NCBI GenBank assembly: GCA_018817795.1
Contig: JAHITJ010000250.1
Coordinates: 11,635 to 75,634, forward strand
Direction of reading: 5' to 3'
DNA length: 64,000 nt
Source of the DNA: Myxococcota bacterium
GTDB lineage: Bacteria > Myxococcota_A > Polyangia > HGW-17
Shown: positions 38,891-50,744 of the stretch, one piece after another
Position numbering within the stretch: position 1 is the first letter of the stretch
Layout: each line of letters opens with the position of its first letter
Notes under the pieces: model-generated
The model's input: the letters and a program-made list of their open reading frames with translations, nothing else
What the model was told of the DNA's origin: nothing
Databases searched by the model: none
Translations under genes and position numbers: made by a program

Positions 38891-39743
38891 GTTCTGATAT
38901 CTCACTGGCGGCAAGCAGGCCGTCGCCCATGGCGATGCAGGCCTGACCTAGGCTGCCCAGCCGGGCATCGCCGATGACCCAGGTGCGGGCAGAGAGCCGC
39001 AAGCTCCCGGTGGGAGGCGTGGTGAACCCTAATTCCGGGAGACGGCTGGTGCGGCCGCCGCAGAACAGCACGGCGTCGAAGGGCTCCGCGATTGAACAGG
39101 CTGCGGTCCGCAGGGTTGCACTCACCCCGGTGCCATCGGATGCAAGGCCGATTACCTCGGTGTCGAAGCGCAGGTCAAGACCGGCCCGGTCCAGCGTTTG
39201 GCCGGCCAGCCGGCCCCGGGCACGCAGGCACGCCGAACGGACCGCCAGAACCGCCTGACCGCCCGACTGCATCCAGTGCAGGGCGCCGTCACAGGCGGCC
39301 TCTCCGCCGCCGACGATCAGCACGCGGCGCGCCGCCGTGGGCAGGTCCCGAAACTCGTAGAACACCGGCAGCTCAGGCCGGGCCATGGCCCACGGCTGTG
39401 GTCGTGTCCCCATCGCCCACACCACCGCGTCCACCTGCTCGGTCACACCCCCTGGGCGCACCACCTCCACGGCGGTCCCGGACTCGCTAAACCCCGTCGC
39501 CTCGACCGTCTCCGGGAGCAGGCCGAACGCCGCAGCATGCTCCCGCAGGCGAACACAGCATTCCGCCCCCGAAGTCCCCACCGGCATGCCCGGCCAGTTT
39601 TCGACGGACCGCGCATTGCGGAGCAGGCCACCGATGACGCCGGTTCGATCCCACCACAGCACCCGCGCGCCGAGCCGGTGCAACTGAACCGCCGCTGCGA
39701 CTCCACCCGGTCCGGCTCCGACCACCAGCACGCTCAACGGCAC
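38874..39743 (-). CDS. NAD(P)/FAD-dependent oxidoreductase (TrxB-like fold, no CxxC); start GTG 39743 or TTG 39737
   Basis: VVGAGPGG, IGGLL..A..VENWPG, IVGGGEAACD, IGD...Q...AMGDG. Confidence 0.8.
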   Translation of the reverse strand: MPLSVLVVGAGPGGVAAAVQLHRLGARVLWWDRTGVIGGLLRNARSVENWPGMPVGTSGAECCVRLREHAAAFGLLPETVEATGFSESGTAVEVVRPGGVTEQVDAVVWAMGTRPQPWAMARPELPVFYEFRDLPTAARRVLIVGGGEAACDGALHWMQSGGQAVLAVRSACLRARGRLAGQTLDRAGLDLRFDTEVIGLASDGTGVSATLRTAACSIAEPFDAVLFCGGRTSRLPELGFTTPPTGSLRLSARTWVIGDARLGSLGQACIAMGDGLLAASEISELIRWG

Positions 39744-40396
39744 AACTGCACCGCCTGTTGGGCTGTGAGCATCCCTGAGAAACCCGAGGCCATCGCCACA
39801 AGTGACCCCAGGTGCATTCGCTCGGATGAAGTGGCACAGCCATCGAGGACCACGAACGGCTCGAAGCCCTGCACGAAACCCGAGCGCACGGTGGACTCCA
39901 CGCACAGGTGCGTGAGCACGCCGGCCACCAGGATCTGGGAACAGTGACGCTGCGTTAGCCAGTCGGACAGGCAGGTCCCGTAGAACGCGTCGTAGGTGTC
40001 CTTGTCCAGCACGAGATCTCCGGGTTCAGGGCAGGCCGGCGGTACCAGCGCAGCCTCAGGATCGCGCACATCGAGCACGCTTTTATAGAACCGGCCATGA
40101 ACGCTCCTATTCGGATGGTCCCCATGTCCATGCCGGGAAAAGACGATGGGCCGCCCCGCGGTACGCCAGGCCCCGATCAACTCCGCCAGCGGCCCGACGC
40201 AGGCCGCAAACGCAGGCAGGGCATGGGAGCCGGATGGATCACAAAAAACACGCTGGACGTCGATCACCAGCAGGGCGGCGACGGCCGGGTCCAGCCGCCA
40301 GTGATCCCTGGATAGTGTTCTGTCATGGATTTCATCCAGCCAGGCGCGTGTTTTTTCCACGCGATTTTGGGTGGTCAGGTAGCCTTCGGCGCGCAT
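39734..40396 (-). CDS. Isochorismatase family cysteine hydrolase
   Basis: ALLVIDVQ, KDTYDAFYGT, GVLTHLCVESTVR. Confidence 0.9.
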   Translation of the reverse strand: MRAEGYLTTQNRVEKTRAWLDEIHDRTLSRDHWRLDPAVAALLVIDVQRVFCDPSGSHALPAFAACVGPLAELIGAWRTAGRPIVFSRHGHGDHPNRSVHGRFYKSVLDVRDPEAALVPPACPEPGDLVLDKDTYDAFYGTCLSDWLTQRHCSQILVAGVLTHLCVESTVRSGFVQGFEPFVVLDGCATSSERMHLGSLVAMASGFSGMLTAQQAVQLCR

Positions 40397-41658
40397 GCGT
40401 ACTCCCCTGCAAATCCGTCTTCTTCCTGGCGGACACAGCGCACCTTCACCAGGTGCTGTGGCATCGGGGCATCAAAAGGAAAGCGGACCGGAAAGAACGG
40501 ACCAGCCATGCCGGCAGCCCGGCCATCGGCACGGATCTCCTCAACCGCGACCGCCACCGTACGTCCCTGCTGCCCTGCCAAAAACGCAGCCCGCAGCCCA
40601 GCCGCGAGTTCGCGCAGTCGCGCGGCCCGCGCCTTGACGATCTCGGACGGCAAGGCCTTCATGGACTCGGCCGCCGTCCCCGGACGCGCAGAGAACGGAA
40701 ACACGTGCAGGTAGGAAAAGCCGCAGCGCTTCACGAACTCGAGCCCGTCGGAGAAGGCTTCGTCGGTCTCTCCCGGAAAGCCGGCGATCACGTCCGCACC
40801 GATGGCACAGCCGGGGGCGCTCCGCCGCACCGACTCCACCAGTTCCAGGTACGCACCGGTCCGGTTGGGGCGGCGCATGGCTGCCAGCGTCGCGTCGGTG
40901 GTGCCCTGCAGCGGCAGGTGCAGGTGGGGCGCCAGCCCGGGATGGCCCAGCAGCGCCACAAGTTCCTCATCAACCGTCTCTGGCTCGACCGATCCCAGGC
41001 GAAGCCGTCGACCATCGGGGGTGTGGTCCAACAGCAACTCCACCAGCTCTGCCAGCTTCCGCGAAGGCCGCAGGTCCCGTCCCCAGGCGCCAAGATTGAT
41101 CCCGGAGAGCACGACCTCGGCCACGGGGTCGCGGAAGAACCTTCCCAGTTCGGCCAGGATTTCCTCCGGAGGGCGGGACACGGACGGGCCGCGCGCCAGC
41201 GGGATCACACAATAAGCGCAACGGTTGTCACAGCCGTTCTGCACCATCAGCGGGGGACGCCCGGCCGATGGCCACAGGGGGGGTGCCCCGGTGGTCTCGA
41301 CCAGCGCTCCGAGACCGAACCGGTCGGCGATCCACTCCGGAATTTCCACCTTGCGATCGCGGGAAAACACAAACACGCCGGGTTCGATCTCCCGGGCCGC
41401 CCCAGGGTGGATATCCACATAGCAGCCTGTCAGGACGATCAGTCCGTCGGGGGAAGACCGGCGGGCCCGGTGGATCATCTGCCGCGTGTCCCGCTCGGCG
41501 GTCCTGGTGACCACGCAGGTGTCAATCACTGTCAGGTCGGCGGGATGGCCGAATTCGGTGATCTCCACGAGCGGATAGAGACGCTCGATGAACCTGCGGA
41601 TTTCATACTGGTTGACCCGGCAACCAAGGCTCAGAAAGGCGACGACGGGCCGGTTCAT
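40375..41658 (-). CDS. mtaB: Radical SAM methylthiotransferase, MtaB-like
   Basis: Start MNRPVV; LGCRVNQYE, DTCVVT, VQNGCDNRCAYC, HLHLPLQ, HVFPFSARPGT. Confidence 0.85.
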   Translation of the reverse strand: MNRPVVAFLSLGCRVNQYEIRRFIERLYPLVEITEFGHPADLTVIDTCVVTRTAERDTRQMIHRARRSSPDGLIVLTGCYVDIHPGAAREIEPGVFVFSRDRKVEIPEWIADRFGLGALVETTGAPPLWPSAGRPPLMVQNGCDNRCAYCVIPLARGPSVSRPPEEILAELGRFFRDPVAEVVLSGINLGAWGRDLRPSRKLAELVELLLDHTPDGRRLRLGSVEPETVDEELVALLGHPGLAPHLHLPLQGTTDATLAAMRRPNRTGAYLELVESVRRSAPGCAIGADVIAGFPGETDEAFSDGLEFVKRCGFSYLHVFPFSARPGTAAESMKALPSEIVKARAARLRELAAGLRAAFLAGQQGRTVAVAVEEIRADGRAAGMAGPFFPVRFPFDAPMPQHLVKVRCVRQEEDGFAGEYACAPKAT

Positions 41659-41665
41659 GGGAAGA

Positions 41666-42463
41666 TCAAAAGGAAAATTCGGCCGAGAGCAGGAAGTCGA
41701 ACGCAGCAAAGCCGCCGCTGCCCACGTCATTGCGGAAGGAGGGTCCCATCAGCAGGCCGACTTCAGCGCCGACGGAGAACTCGTCGGAAAAGGCGTAGCG
41801 GAGTCCGCCGGCACCTCGCACCACGATGGCCGCCCCGTCGTTGGGTCCGTTGGAGATGATGAAAGATACACCGGTGAGCACACGCGCATAGGGATTGAGC
41901 GGGATGTTCCAGGCGGGCCAGTTCAGAAACTGCATCATGATGCCGACCAGGGCGTCGGCACCGAAGCCGCTCAGACCCCCGCAGATTGTGGGCTTGCCGA
42001 TTTCGTCGGTGGGCTCGCAGCGCCCGCCGAAGGCGGCGGCAAAGTGCGAGTCCAGCCAGAACGCACGGCTGACCTGCCAGGCATACTGCACGGCGAACAG
42101 AAAGCCGCCGGGACTGTTGTCGGTCAACCCCGCGCGCAGACCCAGGCTCGCCGAAACCAGGTTCGGACCCCGAGCCGACAGACGTGGCAGGGTCACCTTC
42201 AGGTAGCCCGGATCCACCGTGCGTGTAAGGATCGTGGTCTCCTCGGTCGTGGTAGTCACAGCTGTGGCGTCCACGGTGCCCGTGGCATCCACGGTACCGA
42301 CGCCTTCGGGGACGGACACTTTGCCAGTCGGGCTCTCGGACGGCGGCACGGTCACCACGGAACTGTCACTCCCGGGCGGAAGAGTCGGGTCTCCCTGCGC
42401 GAACGCCACAGAGGAACCCAGGAAGCAGAACAGGGAAGCGGATATCAGAAAGAATCGTTTCAT
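41666..42463 (-). CDS. Putative outer-membrane beta-barrel protein
   Basis: Start MKRFFL; signal peptide, Thr/Ser-rich linker, amphipathic strands, terminal AEFSF. Confidence 0.65.
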   Translation of the reverse strand: MKRFFLISASLFCFLGSSVAFAQGDPTLPPGSDSSVVTVPPSESPTGKVSVPEGVGTVDATGTVDATAVTTTTEETTILTRTVDPGYLKVTLPRLSARGPNLVSASLGLRAGLTDNSPGGFLFAVQYAWQVSRAFWLDSHFAAAFGGRCEPTDEIGKPTICGGLSGFGADALVGIMMQFLNWPAWNIPLNPYARVLTGVSFIISNGPNDGAAIVVRGAGGLRYAFSDEFSVGAEVGLLMGPSFRNDVGSGGFAAFDFLLSAEFSF

Positions 42464-42500
42464 GAAGCGGCACCACCTCGTGCGCGGTCGGGACCAGGGC

Positions 42501-43790
42501 TCAGACCAGCAGGTCCTCGGCGGGCATGGAGACCTCGGAGCGGGCCCGCACGGTGTGCTGGGTCCGTTCGATGGCCACCGAGTAGACATGCGAGAGCAGA
42601 TCCGGATACTGGACGGCCAGCTGCTGGAACGCCTCGCGCTTGAGCGAAAGCAGGACGACTCCGTCGGAGCGCACCTTCACGGTGGCCGTGGCGGCGCTCT
42701 CCCGGATCAGCGAGATCTCGCCGAACACCTCGCCAGCGGAGAGCGTGGTCAGCCGCAGGAGATCCTTGCCCTTGCCGGTCTGCACGTCCACTTCCCCCGA
42801 AGCCACCAGGTACAGGCCGGCGGAAGGCATGCCCTCGCACACCACCTCGGCCCCTGAATCGAAAATTTCGGGTACGAAGGCGGAGGCGACGGCCAGTTTG
42901 GCCTCCCGTGACAGCAACTTGAACAGCGGGGAGGTGGCCAGCAGGTTCTGCAGGAGCCTCATCCGCGTGTACCTCGCCAGCTCGTCGGCCAGCTTCGGAT
43001 CGGTTTCGAGCACGCTCTCGAGCAGGTCCCATGGGATGCGAAGCACCACCGAGGGCTCCTGCGCGGCGATGGATGCCGAGCGTGGACTCTGGGTGACCAG
43101 CGCCATCTCGCCGAAGAACGAGCCCGAGCGCAGGAAACCAAGGCGGCTGCGGATGTCCTGCTCCGCGCGGAACACCTCGAGCAGGCCCGAGACCAGGATG
43201 AACAGGTTGCTGTCGGTATCGCCCTGCTTCATTACCAGATCGCCCGCGGAGTGGAACGTGACCTCTCCGCGGCGCAGGATCGACTGCAGGGACTTGTCCC
43301 CCATGGCCGAGAACAACGGGACCTTCCATCCCTGCGCCGGCGGAAGGAGACCCAGTTTCCCGATGGCCCCCTCCCAGGCCGTCACGGCCGCGGAGATGAG
43401 TTCATCCTCGTCCACCGAGGAAAGGGGAGGCTCCTCGTCAGGATCGGCGGCTGCCGAAACAGGCGGGGGCGCCCGGTGCTCGACCGGACTGTCCGGGCCG
43501 AACGTCTTCAGGAACCGCACCGTCAGTTGGTCGTCGAGCTCATCGGGCACCCGGCCCAGGAACACCAGCACCGCGAGAGACGCCGGAAAGTTGGCTGTAG
43601 ATAAGTAATAATCAAACAATCCGGTGGCACACGCCATCGGAACCTTGTCCGGACAGCAGACGGAAAGGGCCGCGAGCAGGTCCAGATGGGCGCCTGGGTC
43701 CGCAGGGACGAGCCCCAGTTTCCAGGTGGCCAGGTGCAACGCTTCGAAATGCTCTCCTTTGGCGAGTGCTTCTCTCGGATTCAGGCTCAT
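42501..43790 (-). CDS. Tandem cyclic-nucleotide-binding domain protein
   Basis: Start MSLNPR; FFGEMALVTQSPRSAS and VFGEISLIRESAATAT. Confidence 0.88.
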   Translation of the reverse strand: MSLNPREALAKGEHFEALHLATWKLGLVPADPGAHLDLLAALSVCCPDKVPMACATGLFDYYLSTANFPASLAVLVFLGRVPDELDDQLTVRFLKTFGPDSPVEHRAPPPVSAAADPDEEPPLSSVDEDELISAAVTAWEGAIGKLGLLPPAQGWKVPLFSAMGDKSLQSILRRGEVTFHSAGDLVMKQGDTDSNLFILVSGLLEVFRAEQDIRSRLGFLRSGSFFGEMALVTQSPRSASIAAQEPSVVLRIPWDLLESVLETDPKLADELARYTRMRLLQNLLATSPLFKLLSREAKLAVASAFVPEIFDSGAEVVCEGMPSAGLYLVASGEVDVQTGKGKDLLRLTTLSAGEVFGEISLIRESAATATVKVRSDGVVLLSLKREAFQQLAVQYPDLLSHVYSVAIERTQHTVRARSEVSMPAEDLLV

Positions 43791-43792
43791 CG

Positions 43793-45376
43793 CTAAAACC
43801 TCAGCAAAGGAATTCCGGGGGTCAGGACGGGATCTCCGCCGAAGCCCAGCGGACGGCTCTTGCCCCCGCCGGTGTCGGTGGCCTGACCCTGGCCCGAAAA
43901 GACGATCCCGATCACGATCACCCCGACCACGGCCACGCCGACCCAGAACCACCACTTGCCGGTGATCGAGTCCGCAGGACCCAGGATGCCAGGTCCGCCA
44001 CCGTCGCCATAGAAGCTGCCGCCACCGCTGAAGGTGCCGCCGCCCTTGGAGTTGAGCTCTTCCTGCAGGAACTGCACGCGGTTCTGCACCGAGTAGCGGT
44101 CAGGCCAGCCGGGCTGGATCGCCGGAGCGTTCAGATACGTCTTGTAGTGCGTCACCGCCAATTTGTAGTTACCCTCGCGGTCGTAGGTCACACCAATGTC
44201 CCAATCCATCTTGTGCGTGTAAAGGTTGGCAGCGGTGGCTTCCTGTTTGATCTGTTCCAGAATCTGGCGAGCCTCGGCAGGCTTGCTCTCGGCCACCAGA
44301 CGACGGGCCTGTTCAAGCATTTCCTTCAACTTCTTCTGTAACGCGACCTTGGAGGGTGTCGTGGCCTGCAGCGATTTCTCCAGCCGCTCGACCGCCTTCA
44401 ACACATCCTCCTTGGAGGGCATATTCTTGAATACTGTTTTGGATTCTGTGTATAATTTATAAGATTCCACTGCTTCGGCGTGCTTGCCTTCAGCTTCGTA
44501 GCAGAGACCGATGTAGTATTCAATCCACTCCTGGTACTGACTGATGGCCTTCATGTTCGCCCGGGCCGCGATGAACCGCTTGCGCGCTTCGACTATCTGG
44601 TTTTGACGATATAAGTTCTGGCCCTCGGCCCACAGGGCCTTGGACTTCGCGTCTATCAACAGGGAGGACGTGGAGGACTCTTCCTTCTCCAGGTATTTCT
44701 CGAGATCCAGGATGTGCTTCTGGACCCTCGCACGGTCGGGCCAGCCCTTCTGGATGCTGGACGCCGCGATGTACAGGCGATAGTGCTTGATCGCGTTGAC
44801 GTAGTCCTTCTGCTGGTGATAGCAGTAGGCGATCTTGAAATCGATGATTTCCTGATAGATGCTGGCCCGCTGGGCGAGATCCTTGACCTCCTGGTACAGG
44901 GCCAGGGCGCTGGTCAGATTTCCCTTGGTGGCGTAGTCGTCGGCCCGCTTGTACAGGTCCGCGACGGTCTTCTTCGCCTTCTCGAGTTCGACGGTCTTGT
45001 TCGTCTCCTGGGCGAGCTTGGCCTCGAGCTCACGGATCTTGGCTTCCACAGACTCCAGGCTTGCGATCTTGTCGTTGATCTTTTCACTATTGGCATAAAT
45101 CTTGAACGACTTGATGGCTTCCTTGAAGTTGCCCTCGCGCTCCAGGCACAGGGCGATCCGGTAATCGATCATCTCGCTGTAGGTCTCGTCCTCCAGCGCC
45201 ATGCGCTTGACCTCCAGGAACAGGGCGCGGGCCTCGACATACTCACCCTTCTCGTACTTGGCTTTCGCGCTGTCGTAGATGGACTTGTAGATCGGGGGGT
45301 TCTGTGCCGAGACGATCGAGGCCCGGGTTCCGAGTACCGCCACCATCATTGTCAAAGTCATCAATAGGTATTTCAT
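43793..45376 (-). CDS. Secreted four-module TPR protein with C-terminal KWWFW membrane anchor
   Basis: Signal peptide; four similar ~100-aa helical modules; KWWFWVGVAVVGVIVIG. Confidence 0.8.
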   Translation of the reverse strand: MKYLLMTLTMMVAVLGTRASIVSAQNPPIYKSIYDSAKAKYEKGEYVEARALFLEVKRMALEDETYSEMIDYRIALCLEREGNFKEAIKSFKIYANSEKINDKIASLESVEAKIRELEAKLAQETNKTVELEKAKKTVADLYKRADDYATKGNLTSALALYQEVKDLAQRASIYQEIIDFKIAYCYHQQKDYVNAIKHYRLYIAASSIQKGWPDRARVQKHILDLEKYLEKEESSTSSLLIDAKSKALWAEGQNLYRQNQIVEARKRFIAARANMKAISQYQEWIEYYIGLCYEAEGKHAEAVESYKLYTESKTVFKNMPSKEDVLKAVERLEKSLQATTPSKVALQKKLKEMLEQARRLVAESKPAEARQILEQIKQEATAANLYTHKMDWDIGVTYDREGNYKLAVTHYKTYLNAPAIQPGWPDRYSVQNRVQFLQEELNSKGGGTFSGGGSFYGDGGGPGILGPADSITGKWWFWVGVAVVGVIVIGIVFSGQGQATDTGGGKSRPLGFGGDPVLTPGIPLLRF

Positions 45377-45432
45377 GAAATTCCTTCCTTACCTGGGGCC
45401 GTACGGACCCAGGCTCACCCTGGCTGGTTTGC

Positions 45433-47397
<1,965 letters not shown>

Positions 47398-47696
47398 ACT
47401 GAATACCTCGCGCGCGGGTCGATTCCGGCTGCCGGCGACCGACCTTCCGGCGGCCGTGCAGCCGTCGGTGAATTGCGGGCCCCGTGGTGTACGGCGAAAA
47501 CGGCGAAAAATTTCTCGGTTGCATCCTCGCCCGCACCCCAGGTCTCCTCGGGTGGAGTTAACCCCGGCGGAATGTAGCATGGAACAGGCCAAACTTCAAA
47601 TGGACAACTCTATTTTCTATGTTTGCCGAGTGTTTTTTCCTGACTTGCTTTTTTGGGCGGATTTGACCATGCTGCCCCTGACGAAGCGAGGCCCGA

Positions 47697-49085
47697 ATGA
47701 ACCTTTGGCTGCTGACTTGGCTTTTTTCCTTCCCGCTCGCGGCGCCCGCGTCCGCGCCCGAGGCCATGGGCCTGAAGGATTTATGGCATAATGTAAAAAA
47801 TAAATCGCCCGACGCCGACAAGGCACGCTTTCAACTTGCCCGGGCTCAGGCGCTGGTCAAGGGATCGAACCTGCTCTGGCTTCCTCGTATTTCATACTCT
47901 GTCCAGGGTGCCCCCTCGCCGACCTACCGATGCACCGTCCCCGAGGCCTGGATGCCCTCGACGCTGCCCACGGGCATGAGCGAGCAGGAGTTCCGCGAGA
48001 CCTTCTGCGTGGGCACCGACCGGGACGACTCGATCACCCTCAACCTCGACGGCTATGCCCTGCGTTTTGAGGTCAAGGCCGTGCTACCGCTGTACACCTT
48101 CGGCAAGCTCGACTACGCCAGGGCGCAGGCCCGGGCCGCCCGGGCCGCCGCCCATGCCGGATCGGAACTGACCCGGCAGAAACTGTGGCTCACCGTGCGT
48201 CGAAGTTACTTCGCCCGGCGGGCGTACCTGGAGTCCCGCAGACTGTCCGACCGCGCCCGGAAGCTCCTCGACGAGGCCGGCGCCAAGGCCGAGGAATACG
48301 AGGAAAACGGCCGGATCAGCCCCACGGACCTGCTGCGCTTCAAGCTCGGAGAAAACGAATTTTCCCAGAAGCAACTGGAGCTGGAGCGGCTCGGTGAACT
48401 GACCGCAGCGACCCTGCATTACCTGGCCGGAAGGCCCGTCGAGGTGCGCGAGTCCGACCCTTGGGAGGCCGTCACCACCCGCCCGGACCCGGTGGACCGG
48501 CTCGTGGCCAGGGCCGTCGAACGCCGTCCCGAGCTCCGGCTGCTGGCCGCCGCGCGCGCGGCCGCCGTGGCGCAGGCGGGGCTTGCCCGGGCGCGGATGC
48601 TCCCCGACCTGGGACTTTTCGTGCGCTACCGGCTATCGTTGAGCAACTCCGACAATCCGACCAGCGCCTATGCCAATGACCCGCTGCACGGCAACACCCT
48701 CGCCTTCGGTCTGGGCATCGAGGGCAACCTGGATTTCGGCGCGCAGATCACCGCGGTGCGGCTGGCCCGCATCGAGCAGCGCGAGATCGAGGCGCGCTTT
48801 GCGGCCGCCAAGGACGCGCTGACGCTGGAGATCACCTCCGTGCGGCAGGACGTCATCCTCGCCCTGGACAAACTGGTGCTCATCGAGAAGGGGCAAAAGC
48901 TGGCCCGTGCCTGGCTGCTGGCGCTTTCGGACCAGGAGGCCCTGGGCGTCCTCAAGCCGCGCGACATGGCCGATGCCCTGTCGGCCCTGTTCAAACTGCA
49001 GTTCAGTTACTGGGAGGTGCGCGCCCAACTGGAGATCGCCTGGGCCCAACTGGCTTTGGCGCTGGGCGAACCCGTGCCCGGATAA
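47697..49085 (+). CDS. TolC family outer-membrane efflux protein
   Basis: Signal peptide; LPLYTFGK, AVERRPEL, LPDLGL; two-fold OEP repeat. Confidence 0.85.
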   Translation: MNLWLLTWLFSFPLAAPASAPEAMGLKDLWHNVKNKSPDADKARFQLARAQALVKGSNLLWLPRISYSVQGAPSPTYRCTVPEAWMPSTLPTGMSEQEFRETFCVGTDRDDSITLNLDGYALRFEVKAVLPLYTFGKLDYARAQARAARAAAHAGSELTRQKLWLTVRRSYFARRAYLESRRLSDRARKLLDEAGAKAEEYEENGRISPTDLLRFKLGENEFSQKQLELERLGELTAATLHYLAGRPVEVRESDPWEAVTTRPDPVDRLVARAVERRPELRLLAAARAAAVAQAGLARARMLPDLGLFVRYRLSLSNSDNPTSAYANDPLHGNTLAFGLGIEGNLDFGAQITAVRLARIEQREIEARFAAAKDALTLEITSVRQDVILALDKLVLIEKGQKLARAWLLALSDQEALGVLKPRDMADALSALFKLQFSYWEVRAQLEIAWAQLALALGEPVPG

Positions 49086-49098
49086 GGCGAGACCTTTC

Positions 49099-49599
49099 AT
49101 GCTCGATGTATCCTTCGGCGAATTCATCCTGGTCCTGCTCGTGGCGATGGCCTTTTTGGGCCCCGACCGGATCCCTGTGGCGGCCCGCAAGATCGGCGAA
49201 TGGACCCGCGCGGTGAAGGACGCCATCATGAAGGTGCGCGAGGACGTCACCTCGGACACCCAGGCAGCCGAGGCGTTCTCGCAGATGCAGCAGACCATGC
49301 AGGAGATCTCGCAGGCCGTGAACGTGCGCCACGTCGTGCGCGAACTGAGCGCGCCGCTGATGTCTCCACTCGAGCAGCGACCGGCATCGGTGTCGGACAC
49401 GACGGACCTGCCAGACAAGTCGGACACGACGGACCTGTCAGACCCATCGGACAAGTCGGACAAGTCAGACCCGTCGGATCCTCCGCCCATGGAGTCGCTG
49501 ATCATCGAGGAGCCCCCCTGGCTCGTGCAGCACGATGACGCACCCCGGCTGGACCGCACCTTTCATCCCGCAAAACCCTCTGACGACCAGTCCGTCTGA
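49099..49599 (+). CDS. tatB: Sec-independent translocase TatB-like protein with (SDx)n tail
   Basis: MLDVSFGEFILVLLVAMAFLGPDRIPVAARKIGEW. Confidence 0.85.
   Translation: MLDVSFGEFILVLLVAMAFLGPDRIPVAARKIGEWTRAVKDAIMKVREDVTSDTQAAEAFSQMQQTMQEISQAVNVRHVVRELSAPLMSPLEQRPASVSDTTDLPDKSDTTDLSDPSDKSDKSDPSDPPPMESLIIEEPPWLVQHDDAPRLDRTFHPAKPSDDQSV
49392..49481. repeat. 10 tandem 9-nt units, consensus GTCGGACNN
   Basis: Counted directly; encodes SDTTDLPDKSDTTDLSDPSDKSDKSDPSDP. Confidence 0.9.
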
Positions 49600-49925
49600 G
49601 CCGCGATCCGCGCCAGGTGCCGGGTCTCGAACCTGAACGAGTGCGCCAGGATCTCGTCGGCATCACCGTCGCCGATGGCCCCCGAGTCGAACAGATCGTA
49701 CACCAGGGAACGCAGCGCCAGATTCATCTGGTACATCTGCAGGTTGCGGTGCTCGGCGTCGCGGCTCAGAATGATGCGCATCAGCCGGTCGGCCGCCTGC
49801 ACGAGCGACCGCGCGCTCTCGGGGTTGCGCCGCTCGTCGACGCTGGCGTGATGCACGGCCCGGCGCAGGGAGAACGCGGTGGTGAAGATATCGGAAACGG
49901 GGTTTTTCAGCGCGACGAATGCCAT
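49563..49925 (-). CDS. Hypothetical helical protein
   Basis: 120-aa ORF 4 nt after the preceding minus-strand gene; GC3-rich codons; tail overlaps tatB. Confidence 0.6.
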   Translation of the reverse strand: MAFVALKNPVSDIFTTAFSLRRAVHHASVDERRNPESARSLVQAADRLMRIILSRDAEHRNLQMYQMNLALRSLVYDLFDSGAIGDGDADEILAHSFRFETRHLARIAAQTDWSSEGFAG

Positions 49926-49929
49926 GATG

Positions 49930-50304
49930 TCATACCCTCATGTTGGTGATCGCGGCCTTGGCCGTGTCGTGGCGGCTCTTGAGCACGTTGGACAGGGTGG
50001 AGAACTGCCGGTTTTCGTCCTGCACCTCCATCTGCAACTTCAGGTATTCCATGTTCGAATCCTGCTGCTGCTTCTGGAGAACGGACATGTCGCTGGCGGC
50101 GGAACCACCGCCTCCTGCCACCGAGGCCAACAGCGAGCCCGTCGGTGTGCCCACCGTCAGCGACGGCACCACGCCCGCGAGGGTGGAGAGTCCGGCACCC
50201 ACGGCGCCTTTGGCCTTCTTCACGGCCTGCTCGAAGGCTTCGGGGGACCGGGTCCGCTGGACAGACGACCCGAACTGCATCTGGACGTTCTTCTGTATCT
50301 TCAT
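49930..50304 (-). CDS. Hypothetical protein with T3SS needle/inner-rod-like C-terminus
   Basis: Strong RBS AAGGAGGT; C-terminal YLKLQMEVQDENRQFSTLSNVLKSRHDTAKAAITNMR. Confidence 0.75.
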   Translation of the reverse strand: MKIQKNVQMQFGSSVQRTRSPEAFEQAVKKAKGAVGAGLSTLAGVVPSLTVGTPTGSLLASVAGGGGSAASDMSVLQKQQQDSNMEYLKLQMEVQDENRQFSTLSNVLKSRHDTAKAAITNMRV

Positions 50305-50331
50305 CGGTGACCTCCTTTCGTGGTCACTTTC

Positions 50332-50359
50332 ATTATCGGGTCCGCGTTAAAAGGGTTGC
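50332..50359 (-). promoter_or_regulatory. Putative sigma28/FliA-like promoter
   Basis: Minus strand GCAA-N15-CCCGATAAT versus consensus TAAA-N15-GCCGATAA. Confidence 0.5.
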
Positions 50360-50405
50360 GCTTTTTCCGCATTTTTTTCATTTTAGGAGAGACGAGGAGT
50401 TCCGG

Positions 50406-50744
50406 ATGACCACCACCACGACCAAAAACGAACCGACCTGGCTGGAATACCTGATCGTGTACATCGTGCTCGGGGCCCTGGCCGTGTTCGTGTACACCTC
50501 GGTGCTGTCCCCGCGCGGCTACACCCTCGCCGCCGGCTGGTCGACGCTGCGCGGCCAGAAGAAGCCCGCCGGCGACAACAAGGCCGCCAAGAAGGCCCCC
50601 GACAAGGAGAAGGCCATGGAGGCTGACATGACCGAGCCCGAGATCCCGCCCCCGCCCCCCATGCCCGTGGTCATCGAGAAGCCCGTCGAAATGGCGGCCC
50701 CGCCCCCGCCGATGCCCATGCAGCTCTCCGAAGATGACGATTAA
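50406..50744 (+). CDS. Small single-TM protein with Lys- and Pro/Met-rich tail
   Basis: Start MTTTTT after GAGGAG; strongly GC3-biased codons. Confidence 0.75.
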   Translation: MTTTTTKNEPTWLEYLIVYIVLGALAVFVYTSVLSPRGYTLAAGWSTLRGQKKPAGDNKAAKKAPDKEKAMEADMTEPEIPPPPPMPVVIEKPVEMAAPPPPMPMQLSEDDD

